DNA from: Asterias rubens
Lineage: Eukaryota
Length of the DNA: 64,000 nucleotides
Assembly (NCBI RefSeq): GCF_902459465.1
Contig: NC_047065.1
Coordinates: 4,154,001 to 4,218,000 of the forward strand
Direction of reading: 5' to 3'
Made by a program: the position numbers and the translations under genes. The notes beneath the pieces are model-generated. The model was not told the DNA's origin, ran no database searches, and worked only from the letters and a program-made list of their open reading frames with translations. The first letter of the stretch is position 1, and each line of letters begins with the position of its first letter. Of this stretch, positions 44,633 through 54,800 are shown piece after piece.

Positions 44633-47600
44633 TCAAACATGCGTCGTGTCTGCCCGATGAAGCTTCATAACTTCATCGTAGTCAGGAGGTGGGGTTTCAG
44701 ACCGCTGCCTGATGTAAACATCTTGGTTTTCCAGTACCGTGTTGTACGCCGGCGGATCGTCTATATACTCCATGGGCGTGTTGTTGTCACCCCCCGTTGC
44801 ATTCTGCGCTTGTCTGATGTGGGCAATGTGTCGACGTAGGACGTGTCTGTCCCAGAGTTTGAGCGAGCAGTAGATGAGGCAGCTTATGACGATGAGGAGG
44901 GCTATCAGGCCATTGATAAGAACAACGATTAGAGGTAGGAAGGAATCTGCAGAAAGATAAAAACAGACATTCATAAATCAAAGTGTCGTGGCCGAGTGGT
45001 TTAGAGCACCGAATTTCTGTTTCTGATCAGTAGAGTGTGGGTCCGAGTCGCAGTAATAACACTTGTGTCCTCAAGCAAGACACTTAACCTTTGCTTTGTC
45101 CTTCGGTTGGGACGTAAAGCCAGTGGTCCTATTTATCAAAAAAAGAAGGGGTCCGCCCCGGCATTACTGGCTGGGTTTCTGTATGCGCCGTAGCACCTTG
45201 TAAACCCTTATAAGGTGCTACACAATTGGGTCTCAGAATTCATAACTTCAATAGCTATCTTTCTGTAAAACTGTGTATACCAGTCACCATCATACATATC
45301 TGACATGCTACTTCCATATGTCCCAACGCGTTTCCTACGCTCTTCCTCAGAGAACATCTTGGCCGAACATCGCACCGTCTCCAGAGCTGGTTCACGTGCT
45401 TTTTCTGCTGCTGCTCCAAATCTGTGGAACTCATTACCATCACAATACAAGAAACTACTGAAGACTCACATATACAAAAATAGCCGACTGGTTTATTTAA
45501 CTTTTCATTGGATCATCTTGAGTTTGGACTTCTTTGTTGCATCTTCTGTAGGCGCTTTGTAACCTTGGAAAAAAGGCGCCTCATATAAATGCTGATATGT
45601 ATGTATGTATCTACGGTATGTACTATGCACCTTGAGTACCTTGTTGGTAGATACGTGTGCTACGTATGTAAGACTTTAATAATATTATTATTAAATACCC
45701 CAGACAGTTTCACTATTCCTATTGGTGGAGAGCATGTCAAGTGGGGATGTTTAAACGGCTGATAAAGACATACCTGGAGCTGTTTAAGGCCGGCTGGCTT
45801 CGCATGTTCGCAAGTTTACTTACGCAGAACGCAATCCTCTAGCTATATGTACATGCCTGTAATCTATTTTTACTTTTGCTGAGCAGAAAATGTTTAGGCA
45901 CTATTTTCTGATTAAGCGGCTCTATTAAATTGGTCACAGCTCTTTGGGAAGAAAACTGCTTCAAGGGAAGACTTTGAAGCACAGAGTTAGGGATAGGGTA
46001 AGGTTAAAGTCATGTCACACGAGGTAATTTACAGGCAACCAGTTAAAGACAATCTCTACGAAGAGAATTAATTCACATTTGAATGTTCGCATATTCTTGC
46101 GGGGGGGGGGGGGGTCACAAAAATGACTCATGTGCAAACCAAAGTGGTCCCGACGCATGCACTGCAATTGGTTGCATCCAAGTTGCCTGTGTGTTAAGGC
46201 CTTTAGTGCTGAGGTTTACATCTCACCTGTCGTTTCAGGATACATTGTAACCAAGGGTATTTTGAAAATCGAAATTTGAGGTCAGTGGGTCAAAACTATT
46301 TAAATTAATTTTTTTTAAATTTTGAATATTGACTATTCCGAATGGCCCATTAGTGTTGAGTTTTAACTCACCTGCCGTTTCAGGATACATAGTGACCAGT
46401 GGAATCTTACTCTCATGACACTGCACCCCAGCATCTTCGTTGTGCTTACAGTTATGATTCCCAATCCCTTGATGGGCGCAGTCCAAGAGATGCGTCTCGT
46501 TCCCGAGACACTCCACGTCGTCAAGAAGGATGGGTCCGGTGCCCTCGCCGAAGTACGCTTGCGCTGCGGCCGCGCTAGCCGCATAGTACCCAAGCTGCTG
46601 GCACACCACGTCAGCATCGGTGTAGTCCCAGTTGTCGTCGCAGACGGTTCCCCATTGTCCCTCGTATGAAATCTCCACTCGACCCTCGTACGGGAAATAA
46701 CCGTCTTTAAGTCGGACTTGGAAATCTGTGAAGGTTTAAAAAAAAAATTATTCAAGGTAGGGCTATAGAAGAAAGAATGCTGATTTATAGGTATTGATAT
46801 TAAGACAAGTACGAAGTCACATACATGTATGAAAGTATCAGCTGATTACAGTGTCTTCTTGCTGAGAAAACTGCCAAGGAATTCTCATAAGAAACCATCC
46901 ATCAATCAGAAATCTGTGAAACATCTCATACATGAACCATTTCTGAGATTCAAACGTTGATAGGTAAATGGTTTGCCCCTGTTGGGAGTTGGTTTGGGCC
47001 AGTTGAGTGTAGCTCTCACCCCCAAAAATAAAAAAGTCAATGTTTTAAGACACAGCCATGCTGCATCTCTATTATTTCAAATTTCTGGAAGTGTCGTGGC
47101 CGAGCGGTTAAGAGCACCAAAATTCAAACTCTGGTGTTTCTGATCAGCAGAGTGTGGGTTTGAATCCCCAGCTAAACATTAAGCCATTGGTCCCATGTGT
47201 TGTGTAACGCGTGTATAAGAACCAAGTGCACTTATCGAAAAGAGAAGGGTTCCTGGTCCGATCAGCAGCAAATTGCGCCACAGCAATTTGTATAGCATTA
47301 CATGGTGCTATCAGAATTAGGTCGCATAATTCAAAAACGTAGTCCCACACCTGGCAGGAAATACTTCATGTTACAGCGCCAGGAGCGTCACTGGGTGACG
47401 GACATGTGTGCTATATAAGAAGCCACAATTATTAATATTATTATTATTATTATTATTAAATGTCCAGCTGGCACGACTCACCTGGCATTGGTGTAGGCTC
47501 ACTATCGCTGCACTCCACTACGGCCATCCGATCTGAATTACACTCATCCACCGTCGCAAACTCCTGCTGGCATTCCGCCAGCGATCCTTCCGTCCCTTTA

Positions 47601-50600
47601 CATACGATATTGCTGATGAGTATTGACTTGGTAAGCTTCGCGCAGTCTTCCGAAAGATCTACAGGTAGCGCAAACTGAAACCCAAGCTGTCTGCAAGCAA
47701 CTTGCGCAGCTGCAATGTCCCATCCCTCGCTGCATAGAGACCACCAAGTTCCGAAGTAGTCAATTTCCACTCGACCTTTACTTGAACCTTCTTCAGGAGA
47801 CAGACGAATGACTGCTCCTGTTTGGGGAAAACAAAACAAATCTTTAAAGGCACTGGACACTATTGGTAATTACTCAAACTTCTTGTTAGCACAACAATTT
47901 AATTGGTACGAGCGATGGAGAGCTGTTGATAAAATAAATCATTGTGAGAAACGGCTCCCTCTGAAGGTAGTTGTTTGAGAAAAAAGTAATTTTCCACTGA
48001 AATATTTGAATTGATTTCAAGGCCTCAGCTGAGGTCTCAAATTCAAGCATCTGAAAGCAAACAAATTGTGCGCCAAGGGTGTTTTTTCTTTTATTATTCT
48101 CGTGCAACTTCGACGACCTATTGAGTCAAAATTTTCACAAGTTAATATTTTATGCATATGTTGAGATACTACACCAAGTGAGAAGTCTGGTCTTTCACAA
48201 TTACCAAAGGTGTCCAGCGCCTCTAAGATACAAAATAAAAAGTAGTGGTCCAAGGACAGAGCCCATTTTTTATGCTTACAGGCTTTATGAAAAAGGGCCC
48301 AGTTTACCTGCATTTGGGGAGCTTTGATTGCTGCAAACAACACCAGCATTCATGACACAGTTCCCGACACTCGGGCCACTACTCTTGCACAGCGTCAAGA
48401 ACTCCTGCCATCTCGGACAACTGAAATCCAACCGCTGTCTAAGGCTCTTAGGACTGCCCGCTCCTGTCGTCTCCTTGGGATGTTGTGCCGTTGCCGACAG
48501 TGCGTAGTTGAATCCGAGCTGCTGGCACACTGCCATGGCCTCGTCTATGCCCCACTGGTCGTGACAAACAGGTAGCCACTGTTTTCCGTACAGGACTGTT
48601 ACTGCCCCGTCTAAGGGTGACTCTCCACCCACAAGACGGACTGGGCATAAAAAAGACAAAAAAAGAATACAAAACTTTTTCATGATGGAATAATTTCTCA
48701 AAATTGTTGATTAAAGAAAAGATATTTGATTGCTGTGCATACTACTTTAAAAAGGGAAGGTATATGTTTCAGAGCTGTTGAGAGAAAAAATTGAACTCCG
48801 ACCCCGAGCACAAAGCGCATAAGCATGCGAGCTCGAAAACTTGCAAGCATGAAGCCCAATCATTTATCTTTGGTATTAAAAGCCCTACTCTACAAAATGG
48901 GACGTTATTATATGGTTATACATGTATCTCTTTTAGAAATTTATCCTAAGGGAAGTGGGGGGGGGGGGGATAAAAAAAAAAAATCAGAATTCTGTTTGAA
49001 GCGGAGGAATCACATCCCTGTATTTTATATAAGAGTATATTATTTTGATTTTTGAAAGTTTATATTATTATCATAAAAAAAAAAAAAAAGACACGGCGAA
49101 AACATGATAATAACATCTTTACCTGGTAGAGGTCTCTCTTGACAAGAAACGACAGCGTCCTCCGCCCTCTGGCAGCTCTGTGTGGTGGGTTTGCTGCAGG
49201 AGCATTGCCCAAGATAGCTCTCGTTCCCGGCACATTTAAAGTCCTCGATAAACATCGGTCCCTGTCCCTGCCCAAACTGTGCCCCGCCCATCAGAGTCGG
49301 ACCCAGCACATCTGCCTGTAGGAACCCGAGCTGGCGACAGACTACATCGGCGTTGCTCGGGTGCCAGATGTTGTTGCATACCGTCGACCATTCCTCACTG
49401 GCGAGGATTTCTATGCGGCCTTGATGGAGAAAACTTCCCCCGACAATCCTGATGGGGAGTTCTGAAGAAGAAAAAAAAATTAAAGATGGAAGAATTCTGA
49501 TCAAATATTCACGCAATTATCAGTATAGGTTCGGTTTAGGGTTGGCATGGTTGGCGTGTGCGTAAAAAATCCTCTCTGTTTATACTCTTTGAGCTCTTCA
49601 GGTAATTTTTAGCTGTTTTTTGTGATTTCATTCATATTTTATATTGTATCCAGGGTCAACAGTTCATTGAAAACCGATGGGGCTACCCTGGTTAAACAAG
49701 ACCAAATAAATAAATGAAGCAATATCATAAAATCCTCCAGATGGTCATAGACCAATTGTTCTAAGGGAAGTTACAAAAACATACTTATCACAGCCACAGT
49801 AAGTAATGAGTAAAGTGGCAAAAAAAACCAAAAAAAAAAACAGCATATATGCTGTCAATTTACAGATTGGACAAAATCAAATTGTATTGAGGCAGACTTC
49901 TTGTTCTTCTCCCATTCAAAATAAAATTTGGTGATGAACTGAAATGTTCCGAGAATATTAACCACTTCCCAGCTGTCACTTCCTCCAGGGATGGTTTGAA
50001 CAAGAGCCAAGTTTGCCATGCAGCATCTGTGGTAATGGGTGGGGCCCAGTTTTGTGTCAAACAATTAAGATTTGGACCAGTTCCAAGCATCAGTTTTTTT
50101 TTTAATCAAATGCAAAGATGCTGAATCCAGTCAGCCACTTTTACAGTAAACACCATACATAAAGCATGCAGTCAATTTCGCTAGTGACTGTCATCACCTT
50201 TAATACTATAAATAATCTTACGGAGAGATTTCCATATCCTGCCACCACTTGTTCAATCATTTTTACCCAACAGGCCAAAAGAGTAAAAAGAATATTATTT
50301 TATTTCTTAATGAATAAAAAAAATGGTAGCAGAAGAATTTGGAAAATGTGTCAATCGTGGAGAGTTTACATCATTTTTTTAGCTTTAGGCCTAATTACAA
50401 GAAGCAAAAACACCAATTACTCCGAAGTTCTAAAAACTATTTTGTAAGGCTCTCACGGGGAAGCCTGACACTAGTTTCTAGAAAACATGATTTAATTATA
50501 ATAATTTATAAAAAGATATCAATATAAACCACAAGGGCAACTGACTGGGTAAATTTTGAAATGATTTTTGGGGTTGAACAAAGAATTGACTAGAGTGGGA

Positions 50601-51302
50601 TTCGAACCAACAACCTCCGGATTAACGTGCCGGCGCTCTACCAACTGAGCTGTCTAGCCCTATGTTGGCAGTGGCACCCCCGAACAAAGATATTGACAAA
50701 ATAGGGACACCGCCAATATAGGGCTAGATAGCTCAGTTGGTAGAGCTCCGGCCATTAATCCGGAGGTCGTTGGTTCGAATCCCACTCTAGTCAATTCTTT
50801 GTTCAACCCCAAAAATAATTTATAAAAACAAACGGAAAAGTTTCCGTGTGGCGCCACCACTTTTTCATTCGATATGAAATAAATATAGTATCTAATTAAC
50901 CTCAATGAGATATCCCTTTTTGTAATAATGAGTGAATAACAGTGGTGGTGCCATACGGAAACAAACAAACAAACAACTCTAAAAAATAATAGTAAGTTTT
51001 TAATTAATTAGTGAATTACTTTTTTTAATTATAAGTACTGATACATTGATAATAAATCAAAATTCACATAATAATCCATAAGTTAAATATAATTCACACG
51101 GTATTCAAAATTTGTAACTTCACGAAATCATATATAGACAATTAAATCAAGAATACTTTTTACCACTTTTGTGTGTCGTTTGGCATGCTGAGTGTGAATC
51201 GCCTGGAGTTGAAACAGATTTACAGACATGACTACACCAAGTCAGCACGAACATCATCACAAATATCCTGCCCCACAACCACATCCACTGCACATGCCGC
51301 AT
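44633..51302 (-). CDS. Type I membrane scavenger receptor: signal peptide, four group-A SRCR domains, TM, PPxY-bearing tail; complement(join(44633..44946,46372..46725,47482..47817,48308..48640,49123..49461,51164..51302)), 604 aa
   Basis: Four symmetric phase-1 exons, each one SRCR (e.g. [47 protein letters not shown]). Leader exon [27 protein letters not shown] ends in a phase-1 GT donor; in-frame upstream ATGs at 51359 and 51398 are alternatives. Total 1815 nt in frame. Confidence 0.88.
45290..45610 (+). mobile_element. L2-clade LINE 3' end fragment; weaker copy about 57640-57810
   Basis: LRSSSENIL...[18 protein letters not shown]...KKLLKTHIY motif and (ATGT)n tail. Confidence 0.8.
50562..50820. 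mobile_element. Palindromic element with ~108-bp arms, each containing an outward-facing tRNA-like sequence (50587-50659 minus, 50722-50793 plus)
   Basis: Arms are near-perfect reverse complements around a 42-bp spacer. Spacer plus one arm recurs at 17110-17240 and about 2470-2540, spacer alone at 6122-6172, degenerate arm about 6450-6560. Confidence 0.75.
50834..50960. mobile_element. 8-bp-TSD MITE family copy (right TIR truncated), SRCR gene intron 1
   Basis: Same internal sequence as 12564; AAACAAAC on the left, (AAAC)n on the right. Confidence 0.8.
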
Positions 51303-51898
51303 AGCTATTGTGAACGCTATTGTCCTGTTCACTCTAAATAAAGTTACATGAATAGCCATTGAAGGTCGGCTTGACTCTTCTGTTGAGTGGAATGTCATTC
51401 ACCAAATCAATGCATCAAAACACAAGATTCTGAAGATCACTTTACTCAGATTTCCTCCATCACTGATAACGGTTTTTCCTGAAACAAACGTCCCCTCTCA
51501 TTGTGCAGACTTCATTATTAACTCTTTTGGAGTTTCAGAAAACTTGTTGTGAATGGGTGACTCAAAGTAAACAATAATCGGAGTTGTTTTTATTTCGGAG
51601 GCTAGACATCCCAAAATAAAATCAGAACTTCCTTCGACCGACTTGTTGTCCTGAACAGCGCCCTCCCTTGGGAAGAAAGTCATAACTTGTGATGAATTTT
51701 AAGATCTCATTTATTGCAAAAACTGTAATTTTTCTAAAATCAATTTATTTGGACCAAATTTGTCAGCTAGTCAGATGCGGGTAAACTGTAATTCCAAGCT
51801 GTTTGTTTTATAACAATCAAAGACATGTGAGATCATTCTTTTGGGAATTCCTTCTTTTGAAATACCGCCCTCCATTGGCGTGATGTAGTTATTTCATC
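51303..51898. promoter_or_regulatory. Bidirectional promoter/5'UTR region SRCR receptor - TRAF7-like; kappaB-like GGGAATTCCT at 51843-51852
   Basis: Divergent ATGs about 600 bp apart; the motif matches 9 of 10 positions of GGGRNWYYCC. Confidence 0.5.
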
Positions 51899-54800
51899 AT
51901 GGCGACTTCCGTGTTCGCAGAAGAGCCATCAATTCACCTCTATTGTCCCGTGTGTAAAAACCTCTTCCAGGACCCTGTAATCAGTGTTGGTTGTGGCCAT
52001 ACATTCTGCCGGCTCTGCTCAACAGATGAGGACTCTTTGGTGCTTTTGGAAGTTTGTCCCGTGGACAATAAACAGTTAAAAAATACATCTGTTTTTGAGA
52101 ACAGGTTTGTCGTTGGTTTTGTACACACACCCTTTTCTTGTCAATTGTTTTGGTGCGGGTCACTGCATATGCCATGCACACAACGCGTTATTGTATTATG
52201 GCTTTTATTATTTTTTTCGGAAACCATTCACCCCTAAAAAGTCACGGAAAAGTTTCCGTATGGCGCCACCACTTATTCATTTGATATGAAATAATATAGT
52301 ATCTAATTCTAATTTACCTCAATGAGATATCCCTTTTTGTAAAAATGAGTGAAAAAGTTGTGGCGCCATACGGAAAGTTATCCAAAGTCACATCCATTCT
52401 AATCTATTTTTCTGGCCTACCACCCAATTTTAATGTGTGCTTTCCAAAAAAGTATTTGTATTTAATTCACTATTCTGTATTAATTTTTTTATTAATTTTT
52501 TACTATGGATTTGTTTATTATAAATTTAGAGTATAACTATAAATAAAATTATAATAAAATTATTATATTATTATTTCTTAATTACAGATGTCTGAATATA
52601 GTGTCAATTGCTAAATAACAATTAGACATTGCTTTTGAACTAATTGTTTCCCTTTATTATTATTTTTATCCAGATTTTTGTCTGATTACAAATCAATCAG
52701 AAATATGATATATAATTGTTGATAATATAAATAAAGTAGGGTTGAGATGACTGGTGTCCCTATCATCACACGTTGCCTGGGATCGGTCGAGTTGGTCTAT
52801 AAAAAGCGTCTGTAACCGTTTATTATAAAACGCATATCCACATGAGTAGAAAGATGTTGTAAAAGTAGAATACAATGATGATCCACACATACATGCCTCG
52901 AAATTGCACGGTTTTCCCCGTCGACTAACACGGTCGGTCATTTATGTTTTGGGATCCAAATTTTTGACTCCCATAAATGGTCGACTGAGTTAATAGTTCG
53001 CAAAGTAAAAGGAAAACCACGCAATTTCTTCTACTTTTAAAACATGTTGCAAACCATGCATTTCATAACACGGTTACAAACGCATTTTATAGACCAACTC
53101 GACCGATCCAAGGCAACGTGTTCCTTTAATGTCATTCATCAACATGTTTTTGCAAAAATTTTTTGGTATGTAACTTTAAAAATAAAAACCTTTTTGTTTT
53201 TCTTTACAGAGCAATAAAATCCCAGATCGATGAGTTGCTCGTCTACTGTAAGAATGGAATCAAACGCTTTAGCTCACGCAATGATGAACTCATCACAGAC
53301 AGCTGTGGCTGCCCTGAGCTCGTCAAACTGTCCCAGAAGACTGACCATGAAAAGACGTGCCCTTATAGCGCTCTTTCTTGCCCCAACAGCCCGGAGTGTG
53401 GCGTCCTTCAGCGTCAGTTCCTGGAGGATCACATCTTGAGTGTGTGCTCTTTTATCAAGTGTGAATTTCACCAGAGAGGTGAGAGGATAGTTGCGAGATT
53501 ATTTTTTACTATTTACTATTTTTCGATATTTGTAAAAAATCTAACTTGATGCTCTCGAACACTTGTAATCGTCTGTTTCATAAAACAATATGTGAATGCC
53601 TACCAGCAAATCTTTTTAGTGTTATCTGACCCTGTTATGTTAGTGAACACAGGTCCTCATGCAACTAATAGGTATAAATAAGTTTGCGGTTGATTCAAAC
53701 TGAAGAATTGGTGGCCTGTTTGACTTGAAATACTTAGCGGCCAACTTGAAAAAACAAAAAGTAAAAAGTAAATAGTAAGGCCCTCATCCTCCTCTTTTTT
53801 TAAAAATCTGGACAATCAACTGGTATTTTTTGTTATTTGGCCTTACTGCAACCCAAATACATTGATACCTCATCATGTACCTCAAAACCAAAATTCATTA
53901 CAAGTTATACAATTATTGAACTGCCCTTTCACTTTGACCACAGGTTGTTTGTTTCATGGAACATCCCAAGCTGTTGAGCACCACTGCCAGACATGCCAAT
54001 ACAAATCTGTACCATCAGTAACTACAGAGTCAGAAGGTATCCAACAGGTAATGACTAGAAGGCCTGGGCAAATTATTCGAATATCTGGTTAATGGCGAAT
54101 AGGTTTTCCTATCCGTAATCGCGAATGCCTTTTTTTTCTTAACAGGATATCCGCATAGGGCGGGAATACCTGTTTACAAACCGGATAATTCTGTAATTAC
54201 AACCGAGTAACCGGATATTCTTTAATATCCGAATATCCGCGGACGTCGGGCGACAACTGATATGAATTTTTTGCCTGAATCCTTATGAAACTTCTATTAA
54301 GACAGCATAAAACAGCATAAATTAATTATTTAACTATGCTCACCTCCGTGAAGAGTTAAAACAATGACATTTCTGACGTAATTTGTTCAAAGATTACAAA
54401 AGTTTTCCTTCACGTATAGTCAATCACGATCAAAAGAAAAAGCAAATCATTTTAAAATTAGATCCGGTCATTTTTATGAATGAACCGAGTGACACTGTCT
54501 AAAACTAATATCAATCCGCCCATAAGATCTCATTCACACCCGAACAGCGCCCTCTAGCGGCAACAAAAAATATATATATATATTAAAATTGACCATTGTT
54601 AGTTGCATCATGATGCAACTTGCTCTCTAATCCTACCCTTTCATGTCTCCCTGCATTGTTGTCGAACAATACATTTACCACTTTTATGGTCCAGTAACCC
54701 TTCCTTTCATTCTAAACATCCCTTGTCCTCGCCACTTCACTCCTATTGGTTCATAGCCACCAATATTGTTTCTGAAATAGGAACTTTGATTGGCTGTTAT

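Noticed and set aside
49570-49606. Third hammerhead on the minus strand (CTGAAGA-GCTC-AAA-GAGT)
   Set aside because: GAAA is replaced by ATAAA and no helix I partner is present.
49785-49846. Alternative SRCR leader exon [20 protein letters not shown] with a GTATGT donor
   Set aside because: The donor is phase 2 while the SRCR acceptor needs phase 1; it would work only with a homopolymer error. The 51164-51302 exon fits without correction.
50722-50793. Functional tRNA gene (also 50587-50659, 17161-17235, 20495-20550)
   Set aside because: Anticodon loops are 8-9 nt, the T stem has a mismatch, there is no Pol III terminator, and copies are embedded in a repeat family.
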